From positions 6,928-70,927 of IMG/VR virus record IMGVR_UViG_3300044825_003153: a stretch of 64,000 bases of DNA; one strand, given 5' to 3'. The stretch comes from a virus. Below the pieces are notes generated by a model that had not been told where the DNA came from, did not search any database, and was given only the letters and a program-made list of their open reading frames with translations. Positions within the stretch are counted from its first letter, which is position 1; the number at the start of each line of letters is the position of its first letter. The translations under genes were made by a program, and so were the position numbers. Positions 53,122 to 63,081 of this stretch are shown one piece after another.

Positions 53122-53201
53122 AGCCCAGCTGGAACGGTCCGCGGTGCGATCGCGGATCGTTCATGGTGCGCTCTGCACCTCTCCCAGCAACGGAGGATAG
53201 C

Positions 53202-53721
53202 ATGTCGAACGACAAACACCGCGTCGCGGTGGGGTTTCGTCGCGATAACCGCTACGGCACCGACCATCTGATCGCGTGGCCGGCCATACTCGTGCACGCC
53301 GACGATCGCAGCCTGCGCTTCCTGCGCAGCTATGTGTCGTCCTACGACGAGAAGCTCGATCTCGAGAGCCTGCAGCTCGACTGTTTCGCGTCGGATACGA
53401 ACGGCCAGATCGTCGATGTCGGTTGGGTCACCTACCGGCAGCCCTACGATGTCGACATCGCTCGCGCCAAGCGGATGGTGAAGACCCTGGAAAGCGCCAG
53501 CCGCGCTTACCAGCGGCACGAGCCGGTCGACTTTGGCGACAAGGTCAGGTGCCTGGCCTTGTGGCTCAAGGCAGAGATCATCGTCGAGCAGATCAACCAC
53601 CCCGGCCGCAACGTCGAGCTGGACGTGCACAGCATCCCGAATGGGATCTACAGCCTGCGGCAGGCGTATGCGCGAAATGGAGGCCGAAGCCAAGGTCAAG
53701 CTGGCCTTGAAGGCTGCCTGA
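53202..53721 (+). pseudogene. Hypothetical gene with an apparent single-base frameshift near 53665
   Basis: 520 nt from ATG to TGA. GC3-rich codons switch frame at about 53665 (MREMEAEAKVKLALKAA*). Confidence 0.45.
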
Positions 53722-53792
53722 TGCAGACCCTCGCCACGGCCATCGTGGTGGCCCTGCTCGGGCCGCTGATCGTGATCTGCCTGTTCTGGTAG
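53721..53792 (+). CDS. 23-aa hydrophobic peptide
   Basis: MQTLATAIVVALLGPLIVICLFW with TGATG coupling. Confidence 0.4.
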   Translation: MQTLATAIVVALLGPLIVICLFW

Positions 53793-53989
53793 GCCCAGTG
53801 TGTGCGGCCGGGGAGTTGGAGTGCTCCCCGGCCGGCACCGTCCCAGCAACAGGACAGCCGACCATATGGCGGCTGAATCCGCCCGCCGCCACCGAAAAGA
53901 TTCGGATGCTCCGGCAGTCCCCGGTCGAGGCCGAGGCCTGCCGGTGCCGCCAGATCGGCCGCACCACACTCCCAGCAACGGAGACCAGG

Positions 53990-54391
53990 ATGAAGATCGA
54001 GCAGATGAGCCGCCAAGCTGCGGACCTGATCGGCCGCCGCATGGCCGAGGTCGCGGCTGACCTCGCCCGCGAAATGGGACTGTCGGTCAAGTACGCCGGG
54101 GGCACCTACGGCGAGACCAGCTGCGTGACGAAGCTGGAGTTCACCGTGGCAGGCGGGGCCACCATCCATCAGGAGCGTGACCGCAAGTTCTTCCGCACCT
54201 GCGCCGCGCTCTACGGCCTGAGCGCCAGCGATCTGGATCGGGAGTTCGAGCATCCGCGGCAAGGTCGCATGAAGATCGTCGGCATGACCGCTCGCGGGAA
54301 GAATTGCATCATCCTGAAGGGCGCCGATGGCAAGAGCTTCCGGGCCAGCCCGGAGTTCGTCAAGCACTTCATCGGCAAGCAGGCCGCCTAG
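53990..54391 (+). CDS. Hypothetical protein
   Basis: ATG after a leader box. Confidence 0.7.
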   Translation: MKIEQMSRQAADLIGRRMAEVAADLAREMGLSVKYAGGTYGETSCVTKLEFTVAGGATIHQERDRKFFRTCAALYGLSASDLDREFEHPRQGRMKIVGMTARGKNCIILKGADGKSFRASPEFVKHFIGKQAA

Positions 54392-54491
54392 CATTGGCAC
54401 CGCCCGGCCGCGCGCCGGGCGGTCCATCTTCTCATTTCATCTGTTGCAGCATACAATAGGGACTTTCACTCCCAGCAACCGGAGGAGTTTC

Positions 54492-55304
54492 GTGGGAAAG
54501 ACTACAATCGAATGGACGGAGTTAACCTGGAACCCGTTTGTCGGGTGCGAGATCGTGTCCGCAGGGTGCACCAACTGCTACGCCATGAAGATGGCGCATC
54601 GGCTGGAAGGCATGATGACCGCCTCGTACATGGGCACGACGAAGGTCGTGAACGGTAACACGGTCTGGACCGGCAGGATCAACCGATCCTCGGACGCGAC
54701 GATGCAGATGCCCCTGCGCAAGCCTGGATCGCATCTGTTCTTCGTCAACTCGATGTCTGACTTCTGGCACGAGAACGCCAAGGACGAATGGCGCAAGGAA
54801 GCGCTCGACATCATGCGACGCTGCCCGCGCCACCAGTTCCAGGTCCTGACGAAGCGGCCGCAGAACATCCAGCCGATCCTCGATCGGATGGAGGAGAAGC
54901 TGCCGGACAATCTCTGGCTCGGCTGCACGGTCGAGGATCATCGGGTCCGCGACCGCATCGACATCCTGCGCCAGGTGCCGGCCTCGATCCGGTTCCTGTC
55001 GGTGGAGCCTATGGTTGCCGAGCCTGGTCAGATGGACCTCACCGACATCCATTGGGTGATCGGCGGCGGCGAAAGTGGTCCGGGCGCCCGGCGAATGAAG
55101 CCGGCATGGGCCAGAGAACTTCGCGATCAATGCTTGGAGCAAGGCGTCAAGTATTTTTTCAAGCAGTGGGGGACCTACTGGAACAACCCGCTGGTCGTTG
55201 AACAGAAGAAGAGCATCTACGAAGCCCAAGCTCTCGATCCGCATGGTAAAGGCGGATCGCTTCTCGACGGCGTGGCCTGGAAACAGTTCCCGCGCCTGCC
55301 ATGA
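54492..55304 (+). CDS. DUF5131 (Gp37/Gp68-like, radical-SAM-like) protein
   Basis: TWNPFVGCEIVSAGCTNCYA, FVNSMSDFWH, FQVLTKRP, RFLSVEP, WVIGGGESG, FFKQWG. Confidence 0.92.
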   Translation: MGKTTIEWTELTWNPFVGCEIVSAGCTNCYAMKMAHRLEGMMTASYMGTTKVVNGNTVWTGRINRSSDATMQMPLRKPGSHLFFVNSMSDFWHENAKDEWRKEALDIMRRCPRHQFQVLTKRPQNIQPILDRMEEKLPDNLWLGCTVEDHRVRDRIDILRQVPASIRFLSVEPMVAEPGQMDLTDIHWVIGGGESGPGARRMKPAWARELRDQCLEQGVKYFFKQWGTYWNNPLVVEQKKSIYEAQALDPHGKGGSLLDGVAWKQFPRLP

Positions 55305-55639
55305 GGGGCTGTCACGGCAATCATGCCCGAGGCGGCAAGCACCCAGCTTGGTCCCCAAGCAAGATGCTGTCCGCTGATGGCTACGTGAAGATCCGGGTCG
55401 GCAAGACCCATCCCCTCGCCTTCGGCCGTGGATACGCCTACGAGCACCTTGTCGTGTGGGTGTCCGCGGGCAACCCCCGGCCGCCGAAGGGCTACCTGCT
55501 GCACCACCGGGATGAAGACCGGACCAACAACCGGCTGGAGAACCTGGAGTGCATCAGCCGGGTCGAGCACAACCGCCTGCACAACGCGCAGCGCGGTCGT
55601 GATCCGGCCACGGGACGGCTCCTGCCAAGGTCGAACTAA
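55301..55639 (+). CDS. HNH endonuclease (homing-like)
   Basis: YEHLVVW...LLHHRDEDRTNNRLENLECISRVEHNRLH. Confidence 0.85.
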   Translation: MRGCHGNHARGGKHPAWSPSKMLSADGYVKIRVGKTHPLAFGRGYAYEHLVVWVSAGNPRPPKGYLLHHRDEDRTNNRLENLECISRVEHNRLHNAQRGRDPATGRLLPRSN

Positions 55640-55719
55640 CGGACGCAGGCGGTATCCCCGGTGAGCAGTCGCCGGGGATACAGGGTGCGCCCGCACCATC
55701 CCAGCAACGGAGACACGAC

Positions 55720-56061
55720 ATGACCGAGTTCACGGTCCGGTGGCCTGATCCGCCGGACGGGACCCTGCAGGCCTATGGCCGCAACGGGTCGGTCAAGCAG
55801 ACCGGCGTCCATGTGTGGGACGTCGGGTCCTACATCATCGTCCGGGCGATCAGCAGCCGCGGCCACGTCAGCGACGCGGCGAACCTGAAGCTGCCGGCCG
55901 AGCCCACCAAGCTGATCGAGCTCGCCACCGGCCTGATCGCCATGGCGAACGCGATGCAGGCCGAGCAGACCGCCAAGCGGCGCAATGCTGCAGGTGCGAG
56001 CAACTCTCCGGGAATCTCGGATAGTTCGCCCTCCCCTGCCCTGCGTGTCCTGGGAGGCTGA
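55720..56061 (+). CDS. Hypothetical protein
   Basis: ATG after a leader box. Confidence 0.7.
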   Translation: MTEFTVRWPDPPDGTLQAYGRNGSVKQTGVHVWDVGSYIIVRAISSRGHVSDAANLKLPAEPTKLIELATGLIAMANAMQAEQTAKRRNAAGASNSPGISDSSPSPALRVLGG

Positions 56062-56065
56062 GGCC

Positions 56066-56554
56066 ATGGCCGACTACTTCGCCCAGGCCGTGGTCCACGA
56101 AGACTTCCCGGCCGACAAGTTGACCGAGCGCGACCAGCTGTTGCTGGGCGCCTTCGGCTTCGAGGTTCACGACGATGGCAACGGCAGCTTCAACCTGACC
56201 TGCGAGGAAGGCTGGCAGGACGAGCTCGATGCCGACCAGCTCGCCGACGACTTCGACCCCGACGAGGTCGACGAGATCCTGGGCGAGGCCGAGTGCCTGG
56301 GGATCTTCGACTACCTGCAGGGGCTGATGGGACGCTGCGGGATGCCGGTGATCACGATGGAGATCGCGTTCACCTGCTCGAAGATGCGGCTCGATGGGTT
56401 CGGCGGCGCCGGGTACGTCATCACGCCCGACGCCGTGCACAGCATGAGCACGGCCGAGTGGATCGAGAAGAAGCTCGACGAGCTGGGCCTGTTGACGCCA
56501 AGCCCGGCCGACGCCGCGGCGCTCGCGCTGATGGGGGAGGCCGCCGATGCCTGA
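56066..56554 (+). CDS. Acidic conserved hypothetical protein
   Basis: MADYF...EIAFTCSKMRLDGFGGAGYVIT. Confidence 0.7.
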   Translation: MADYFAQAVVHEDFPADKLTERDQLLLGAFGFEVHDDGNGSFNLTCEEGWQDELDADQLADDFDPDEVDEILGEAECLGIFDYLQGLMGRCGMPVITMEIAFTCSKMRLDGFGGAGYVITPDAVHSMSTAEWIEKKLDELGLLTPSPADAAALALMGEAADA

Positions 56555-56951
56555 TCCGTGCGAACGGCTCCTGCAGGCGCTGCAGGAGATCGCGGACGGC
56601 TCCGACCACACCGGTCGGTGGCTGGATGCGGACGGCAGCGAGTGCGAGGAGGGCGACGAAGGCGCGCGCTGGGAAGAGTTCACCGCCGAGGAACAATCGG
56701 CGTGGCTCGACAGCGTCGCCGAGATCGCCCGGCGCGCCATCGCCGAGCACAAGGCGCAGGCCGACGATCCGCGCTTCCCCGCCTATCCGGCGGAGGGCGT
56801 GGCCGCGGCCGTCGCGATGGTCGACACCGGCGATCGCGAACCCACCCACGCACGGTTGCCGGACGGGTCGATCGTCCCCTGGGACGAGAGGCTTCAGACG
56901 GTGGATTGCGCTGCGCTCTACCTGCTGGAGCCGGATGACGGCTATGCCTAG
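56547..56951 (+). CDS. Acidic hypothetical protein
   Basis: Overlap-coupled to the upstream gene. Confidence 0.65.
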   Translation: MPDPCERLLQALQEIADGSDHTGRWLDADGSECEEGDEGARWEEFTAEEQSAWLDSVAEIARRAIAEHKAQADDPRFPAYPAEGVAAAVAMVDTGDREPTHARLPDGSIVPWDERLQTVDCAALYLLEPDDGYA

Positions 56952-57159
56952 ACCGATCTCCCGTCGCGCCGAGGTCCTTCTCGACCTGCTGCGCGCGTGG
57001 CACGTCCCGCACCAAATGCGGCCGACGTGGTGCAGCGCGGAGGAGCTCGACGGCATCCTGCGGGCACTGGAGGCCGCGGGGCGCATCGAGGTCCACAGCG
57101 CCGATGAGGCCATGTTCGCCCGGTCGCCGGCCAAGTGCCGGGTCCGGGCCTGCAGCTGA
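56944..57159 (+). CDS. Hypothetical protein
   Basis: Overlap-coupled to the upstream gene. Confidence 0.55.
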   Translation: MPRPISRRAEVLLDLLRAWHVPHQMRPTWCSAEELDGILRALEAAGRIEVHSADEAMFARSPAKCRVRACS

Positions 57160-57245
57160 TCCGACCGTAGCTCTGTCCGTCCGGCGTGCGGTGCCGGGCG
57201 GACCATGGTGCGGTTGGCACCGAACTCCCAGCAACGGAGATGATC

Positions 57246-57584
57246 ATGGTGATGAAGAGGATGGGCCTCGCCCTGGCCCTGGTGGCGCTCGCCGGCTGTG
57301 CCGGCCGGGACGCCCAGCCGGTGGCGGTGGTGCAGGCCCACGACGATGGCATGACCTGCCAGCAGATCGAAGGCGAGATCGCGGCGAACAGCCAGAAGAT
57401 CGCCCAGCTGCAGGCCGAGAAGAGCGGCAAGCTCGCCCAGAACGTCGCGGCGGGGATCGGCGGGCTGTTCCTGTTCCCGATCTGGTTCGCGATGGACTTC
57501 AAGGGCGCGGCGGCCACCGACGAGCAGGCCCTGAACTCGCGGCAGGTGCAGCTCGGCGGCCTCGCCCGCGAGGAGGGGTGCTGA
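57246..57584 (+). CDS. Lipoprotein
   Basis: MKRMGLALALVALAG-C lipobox, after a leader box. Confidence 0.8.
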   Translation: MVMKRMGLALALVALAGCAGRDAQPVAVVQAHDDGMTCQQIEGEIAANSQKIAQLQAEKSGKLAQNVAAGIGGLFLFPIWFAMDFKGAAATDEQALNSRQVQLGGLAREEGC

Positions 57585-57681
57585 CCTTCCCTGCCGCGTG
57601 AGCCCAGCTCGGACCCCAGCCGGTATCCCCGGCTGGTGTCCCTGGTGCGCTCATGCACCGTCCAGCAACGGGACAAGGCAC

Positions 57682-57948
57682 ATGAAGATCGACGACTTGC
57701 AGCGGGTCAAAGACCTCAGCGAGGAGCTGAGCTACCTGCGCCAGCACCGCACGAAGGTCGCTGTCGCCGAAGGCGTCAACGTCAACGGCGTTGGCTTCCT
57801 CCCGGTGAAGCGCAAGGAGACCTGGAACTACGTCCAGATCCCCCAGGCGACGCTCATGGCGGTTAAGTCGCTGCTGATCGCCACCATCGACGCCGAGATC
57901 GAGCGGGTCGCCGGCGAGCTGCGCACCCTGGGCGTGGAGGTCGACTGA
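57682..57948 (+). CDS. Hypothetical protein
   Basis: ATG after a leader box. Confidence 0.7.
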   Translation: MKIDDLQRVKDLSEELSYLRQHRTKVAVAEGVNVNGVGFLPVKRKETWNYVQIPQATLMAVKSLLIATIDAEIERVAGELRTLGVEVD

Positions 57949-58451
57949 TGCCCGACTGCAGCGCGATGTGGATCAAGATCGGCGGCGTCCTCAAGGAGGA
58001 GCACGTCGAAGAGTTCGCCGAACTGATCTCCGAGCTTGGCCTGGAATACGACGATGTGCTCGGCGAAGACGCGGAACAGCATATCCGCGAGGATCACGAG
58101 GCCGGCAAGCCGCTGTGCCTCTACGACAATGAGCGCCCGTGGGGCAGCCACGACCATCTGGAGGGCTTCTGCCAGACAGTCGGGCTGTCCTACGCCCGCG
58201 GCGACGATGGGCACTACAGCTATGCCGCCAGCTGCGTCCTGTGGACGCCCGAGATCGCAAAAGAGCGGGAGTGGACTTCCGCCACCGACAGCGGCGAACC
58301 GTTCCTGTCGGTCACCGATATCGACCAGCTTGTAGCCAAGGGAGAGCTGGAAGCCGAGCTCGCCCTGATGCGACAGGTCCGGGACTTCGCGGTGCCGTTC
58401 TCGGCGCCGGGCTGGCCCGAGGACGCGGAGGACGCCGATGCAGCAGCCTAG
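57948..58451 (+). CDS. Acidic hypothetical protein
   Basis: TGATG coupling. Confidence 0.7.
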   Translation: MPDCSAMWIKIGGVLKEEHVEEFAELISELGLEYDDVLGEDAEQHIREDHEAGKPLCLYDNERPWGSHDHLEGFCQTVGLSYARGDDGHYSYAASCVLWTPEIAKEREWTSATDSGEPFLSVTDIDQLVAKGELEAELALMRQVRDFAVPFSAPGWPEDAEDADAAA

Positions 58452-58974
58452 CGTGGACTACGCCGCGATCGCCGCGAACCTCGCGGCGGTGGCGGCAGTG
58501 GCGGCGAGGGCGATCCGCACGACCATGCCCCCGCCGCCTGCCCCTGCCCTCCAGCCGGCCAAGGCAAAACCGGCCGCAAGCGCGGCGCCGGTGGTACCCC
58601 CGCCGGAACCCCGACGCAAGCTGCGCGAGCCGCGAAGCACGTCACGGGTGAAGCCGGGCGCACCGGGCACGCTGAGCTACCAGTCCAAGCACGCCTTCGA
58701 CGACTGGAAGCCCTACGTCATCAAGCCCTACGAGAACGAGCTGGCGCGGCAGTCCCGGGCCTACATCGCCTCGGTGCTGCGGGTCCGACGCGACCCGGAG
58801 CGGATGGAGCGGGCCTACAAGGACTGGTGGTGGGAGACCTTCCGGGGTACCCGCCCGATGCCCGAGCGCGCGCCGGCCGAGTACGAGGGCTACGTGAAGC
58901 TCCACCCCGACACCGGCGAGGTCGTCGGCCGCTCCGGGGCCTGGGGCAAGGCTTACGGAGAGCGTCATGGGTGA
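58438..58974 (+). CDS. Hypothetical protein with a Pro/Ala-rich linker
   Basis: Overlap-coupled, typical codon use. Confidence 0.6.
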   Translation: MQQPSVDYAAIAANLAAVAAVAARAIRTTMPPPPAPALQPAKAKPAASAAPVVPPPEPRRKLREPRSTSRVKPGAPGTLSYQSKHAFDDWKPYVIKPYENELARQSRAYIASVLRVRRDPERMERAYKDWWWETFRGTRPMPERAPAEYEGYVKLHPDTGEVVGRSGAWGKAYGERHG

Positions 58975-59356
58975 GATCGCCGACATGATGCTGGAAGGCA
59001 TCCTGTGCCAGGAGTGCGGGGACGTCATCGACGTCGAGAGCGATGACAGTCCCGGCCATCCGGTGACCTGCGACGGCTGCCGTAGGCGCCACCGGACGAA
59101 GGCGAAGAAGCCCGTCATCAACGCCGCCAGCCTGGGAGGAAAGCTGCTGCGGACCCTGCAGGCCGTCTCCGGATGGAAGTCGCCCATGTACGATGGGATG
59201 CCGGTCGTGCAGGCCCCAGCGCAGCTTGAGCGGTTGCGTCGACACGGGCTGGTCCGGTTCGAGCAGCCGCACAACCCGGTCCATCGTGAGCGAGCGGTGA
59301 TCACCGCGGAGGGGCTGGCGGTCCTGGCCCAAGTGACGCCGCCCAAGTCGAAGTAG
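58967..59356 (+). CDS. Zn-finger phage protein
   Basis: MGEIADMMLEGILCQECG...CDGC. Confidence 0.7.
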   Translation: MGEIADMMLEGILCQECGDVIDVESDDSPGHPVTCDGCRRRHRTKAKKPVINAASLGGKLLRTLQAVSGWKSPMYDGMPVVQAPAQLERLRRHGLVRFEQPHNPVHRERAVITAEGLAVLAQVTPPKSK

Positions 59357-59442
59357 CCGAGTCCAGCTAGAACCCTCGTCGGGGGCTCCCCGGCGGGGGT
59401 TCCTGGTGCACTCGGCACCAACCCCAGCAACGGGACTGAGAC

Positions 59443-59787
59443 ATGAAGCTGATCAAGACAGACTACACCGTCATCCGGGTCGGCGCGGAGCCGCAGGGAA
59501 TGACGGTGCAGTGGCCGCTCGAGCCCGACTACGACACCATCCGGCGCCTGGTCGAGCCGGTGCTCGCGGCTGCCCTGCTCGAGCGGGTGCGGGTCTGGCA
59601 CACCAAGCAGTACCTGGACATGTTCGTGGATGACCAGGGCCAACTGAAGCGGCTGCCGATCAACGACATCGCCACGATGATCTATCGGGCGAACGCCCTG
59701 CAGCACCAGCAGCCGACCCCGGTCGCGGCCGCGCTGCCGCGCATCTACGGGCCGGCCGTGCTGTTCCACCGCCCGGTCTGGAGCTGA
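59443..59787 (+). CDS. DUF3846-like protein
   Basis: MFVDDQG..KRLPINDIAT...IYGPAVL, after a leader box. Confidence 0.7.
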   Translation: MKLIKTDYTVIRVGAEPQGMTVQWPLEPDYDTIRRLVEPVLAAALLERVRVWHTKQYLDMFVDDQGQLKRLPINDIATMIYRANALQHQQPTPVAAALPRIYGPAVLFHRPVWS

Positions 59788-59790
59788 GCC

Positions 59791-60033
59791 ATGGCGGCCC
59801 CCGATCACACGACCTACCGCCACGGCCAGTACGAGTTCTACCGGCCCGGCGGCACCGGGCCTTGGATGGTGCACGACGGCGGCGACACCATCGTGGAGCT
59901 GCCGCCGACGTGGTTTCCCGTCGAAGTCATGCGCTACCTCGACGGCTTGGGCGAGGGCCTGCGCCGCGGCAATGAGGCCGGCCGGACCAACCTGCAGCGC
60001 GAGCTGCGCCGGTGTCTGGGAGTGACGCCATGA
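59791..60033 (+). CDS. Hypothetical protein
   Basis: 80-aa ORF, coupled to its neighbours. Confidence 0.55.
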   Translation: MAAPDHTTYRHGQYEFYRPGGTGPWMVHDGGDTIVELPPTWFPVEVMRYLDGLGEGLRRGNEAGRTNLQRELRRCLGVTP

Positions 60034-60569
60034 GGGGACTGAAGCGGATCGACCTGGACCTCAACAAGCCGCTGGAGATGAAGCCGGACCCGCGCGACAT
60101 CCTGGTCACGGCGATCATCATCCCGCCCGGCCTGATCGTGAGCACCCTGATCCCCTACGATTGCGTCGGGGAGGTCTACAGGCTCGACGACTATGTCGAC
60201 GAGGAAGGTCGGCGGTGGGGCGACCTGATCAAGTCGTGGGACGGCTACATGGAAATCGAAGCCGTGATCTATGACGGGATCGAGGGGTTCGCCGCCGACA
60301 ACGAGAGCGTCGGCCACATGATGACCTCGCTGCTGTGGCTGCACCTGCGCAATCCGCGCCAGCCGGCGATGTTGGGCCGGATCAGCCAGTTCATCGAAAC
60401 CGACGGCGTTGCCGCGCTGACCGGCATCTTCAACCGGCTGACCCAGCAAGTCTCGCTGGTCGTGTCCGATCGCTACTGCCCGCCCTGCACGACGAAGGCG
60501 GTGATGGAGACTTTCCAGCCGATGCCCGACGATGGCGGCGCGCCCGCGCCGGGCCTGCACCTGCACTGA
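60030..60569 (+). CDS. Hypothetical protein
   Basis: ATGA overlap with the upstream gene. Confidence 0.65.
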   Translation: MRGLKRIDLDLNKPLEMKPDPRDILVTAIIIPPGLIVSTLIPYDCVGEVYRLDDYVDEEGRRWGDLIKSWDGYMEIEAVIYDGIEGFAADNESVGHMMTSLLWLHLRNPRQPAMLGRISQFIETDGVAALTGIFNRLTQQVSLVVSDRYCPPCTTKAVMETFQPMPDDGGAPAPGLHLH

Positions 60570-60659
60570 CCTTCCGGCATCCGCCCCGGTGCGATCGGGG
60601 CGGATAGCGGAGCGCCAGTCAAGGACGGCTCCAATCCTCTCCCCGGCAGGAGAAACACG

Positions 60660-60905
60660 ATGCTTGCCACCAAGGTTGACATACGGCGGCCTCGCCGAAA
60701 CGTCGTCGAGTACGACGTGACCTACGACAACGGTGAGGTCCGGACCTACCACGCCAACCGCGTGGCTACCTTCTTCGGGCCGCACGACGGCAAACCAGCG
60801 ATGCAGACGGGCGGCGGCGCTACGACCCTTTGGCGGGACGATGACGTTGAGATGCTGCGGGCCTTCCAGCGCGCTTTCGGCCGCGTGCCGATGAACCTCG
60901 CCTGA
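60660..60905 (+). CDS. Hypothetical protein
   Basis: Follows a variant leader with AGGAG. Confidence 0.6.
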   Translation: MLATKVDIRRPRRNVVEYDVTYDNGEVRTYHANRVATFFGPHDGKPAMQTGGGATTLWRDDDVEMLRAFQRAFGRVPMNLA

Positions 60906-61166
60906 CCTGAACCTTCGCCACCCGCCACCGCGGCGGGGATGCTATAGGGGGTGCCGTCAAGTCAGACGGTGCCTCCCTAATCCCTCGCTTGCCCCGGCCG
61001 GCGCCCGCCGGCTGGGGCGCCCTTCCCCAGCAGATCGAGCGTAGCGGTATCCCCGGACCCGGACCCCCGGGGATACCGGTGCGTTCGTGCACCGTCTGCA
61101 TGTTTATTTTTCCGCCCTCATCGGAGGCGGCAAAAGTGGACATGGCCCAGCACTTGGACAACCGAC

Positions 61167-61661
61167 ATGAAGCTCTCTTACCAGGAGAGTGCGACCATCT
61201 TGGCCGCGCTCCGCTACTGGCAGGGGCACATGGCACCCGACGGGTCGCCACCGCTCGACGCCGGTCACTTCGAGTTCACCAAGCCGCTGTCGTCGGCGGA
61301 GATCAACGTCCTCTGCGAGCGCATCAACTGCGGGCCCGACGACGCCATCGACACGTCCGACATCCCCGAGGCCACAGAGGAGTGGTTCGCCAAGGCCAAG
61401 CTGCGGCTGCCCGAGGGGATCACGCCGGACCACATCAAGGCGATCATCGACAACCTCGAGGCCTGGTTCGATCGGGTCCACGCCGAGTACGTGCAGCTCG
61501 TCGGCGATAACGCCGTGCTGAAGGCCGACAAGGCCGAGCTGCTGGCGGCGCTGGAGTGGATTGCCGCCCTGCCCCTGTCGCACGGAACTAACGACAGCCT
61601 AGGCCTCAGCACGGCCAAGCACCGTGCCGCCCAGACCATCGCCAAGCACAAGGAGGGCTGA
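61167..61661 (+). CDS. Hypothetical protein with a coiled coil
   Basis: 164-aa ORF with typical codon use. Confidence 0.65.
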   Translation: MKLSYQESATILAALRYWQGHMAPDGSPPLDAGHFEFTKPLSSAEINVLCERINCGPDDAIDTSDIPEATEEWFAKAKLRLPEGITPDHIKAIIDNLEAWFDRVHAEYVQLVGDNAVLKADKAELLAALEWIAALPLSHGTNDSLGLSTAKHRAAQTIAKHKEG

Positions 61662-61664
61662 CCC

Positions 61665-61892
61665 ATGCCCAATCTCGACGAGCTCGAGACGGACAGCGAC
61701 GGCGAACCCTGTGTCTGGCGCAACCACTACGAGTGCGACCAGTGCGGCGCCGAATGGACCGACGACTGGTCATGTCAGTGCAACGATCACTGCCCTGGCT
61801 GCGACGCCGAGATCGAGCCTACCAACAGCGACTGGCTGCCGGACGATCTTACGGAAGACCAGCTCGCCGCCATGGAGGGCCAGCCGTCATGA
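61665..61892 (+). CDS. Acidic Zn-ribbon protein
   Basis: CDQC...CNDHCPGC. Confidence 0.7.
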   Translation: MPNLDELETDSDGEPCVWRNHYECDQCGAEWTDDWSCQCNDHCPGCDAEIEPTNSDWLPDDLTEDQLAAMEGQPS

Positions 61893-62755
61893 CGGTGTCA
61901 GGACGCGACCTGGTCCCCAAGGAGACGATCGAAGAGCTGCTGCTGCACCGGCAGCGGGCGCTCGAGAAGTTCGCCGAGGCGGCCGAGGCCATGGCCGCCG
62001 CCGGCGACGCCGCCCGGCGTGCGATGCCGGGCCAGCACTTCAGCCTGACCGAGCAGCAGCTGAGCTACTGCCCGCAGGGCAACCACGCCACCAGCACGCG
62101 GCGCAGCCGCGAGGAGTGGATGGCCGTGGTCCGGCGCGAGCTCGACCTGCGCCTGTGGGAGCACCTGATCACCCGGTCGCGCCTGACCGAGGTCATGGAC
62201 CACAAGGCCAGGACCGAGTTCCGCGACAGCCTGCGCGGGCACCAAGCCGTGATCCCCGAGTGCACCCTGGAGTCGGTCCAGGCGACCCTGTTCGCGCACA
62301 TCAGCCAGGCCGAGGAGGTCCTGAAGCGCGGGGTCAAGACGCTGTTCCACCAGCTGCACCCGCGGTTCAAGACCCACGACCCGTTCAAGTACGGTCACCG
62401 GTTCATCGTCAACGGGATGTTCTCGGTGTCGAAGTGGAGGGACGGCGCGCACCTCAGCCGCGGCTATGGCTGGCGGGACGAGCAGCTCGTCGATCTTGAG
62501 CGGATCCTCTACGTGCTCGACGGCAAGCCGCCGCCGGAGCACGTCGCGACGTTCTGGGCTCGGCTCAACGCCGCGCACCCGACCCTGACCAAGGCGCCGA
62601 TGGAGTTCGAGGACGACTACCTGCACATGCGGTGGTTCCTCAACGGCAACGCCCACGTCCGGATCAAGCGGGACGACCTGGTCGACCGCATCAACGCCAT
62701 CCTCGCCGAGGACGGCGGTATCCCCGATGGTACCCAGCATGGGAGGGCTGCCTGA
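61889..62755 (+). CDS. DUF4942-like protein
   Basis: ELDLRLWEHLI...FTLESVQATLF..., DLERILYVLDGK, YLHMRWFLNGNAHV. Confidence 0.65.
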   Translation: MTVSGRDLVPKETIEELLLHRQRALEKFAEAAEAMAAAGDAARRAMPGQHFSLTEQQLSYCPQGNHATSTRRSREEWMAVVRRELDLRLWEHLITRSRLTEVMDHKARTEFRDSLRGHQAVIPECTLESVQATLFAHISQAEEVLKRGVKTLFHQLHPRFKTHDPFKYGHRFIVNGMFSVSKWRDGAHLSRGYGWRDEQLVDLERILYVLDGKPPPEHVATFWARLNAAHPTLTKAPMEFEDDYLHMRWFLNGNAHVRIKRDDLVDRINAILAEDGGIPDGTQHGRAA

Positions 62756-63081
62756 TGCCCCGTTTCCGCGTGTCCTACACCTTCGTCGACACGTTCCAAG
62801 GCGACGTGAAGGCGATCGCCTCGGCGGTCCGCGACCTGTTGTTCTCGACCAGCTTCAACCCACAAGACCTCAATGACTGGGGAGTGTTTCTGCGACAGGA
62901 TGGGACCTTCCGGCTCGAGGCCAAGCGCACGCTGGTCGACGAGTTCATGGAGACCAGCGAGCGCGCCGCGCTGCGCAAGTTCCTCTACGGCATGGACTTG
63001 CCCGACACGATCGACGTGAAGGCGATCAAGATCGAGTGCCTGACCGAGGAGCCGGCGCCGGCGACCGAGGTCGCGGCATGA
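62755..63081 (+). CDS. Hypothetical protein
   Basis: TGATG coupling. Confidence 0.6.
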   Translation: MPRFRVSYTFVDTFQGDVKAIASAVRDLLFSTSFNPQDLNDWGVFLRQDGTFRLEAKRTLVDEFMETSERAALRKFLYGMDLPDTIDVKAIKIECLTEEPAPATEVAA

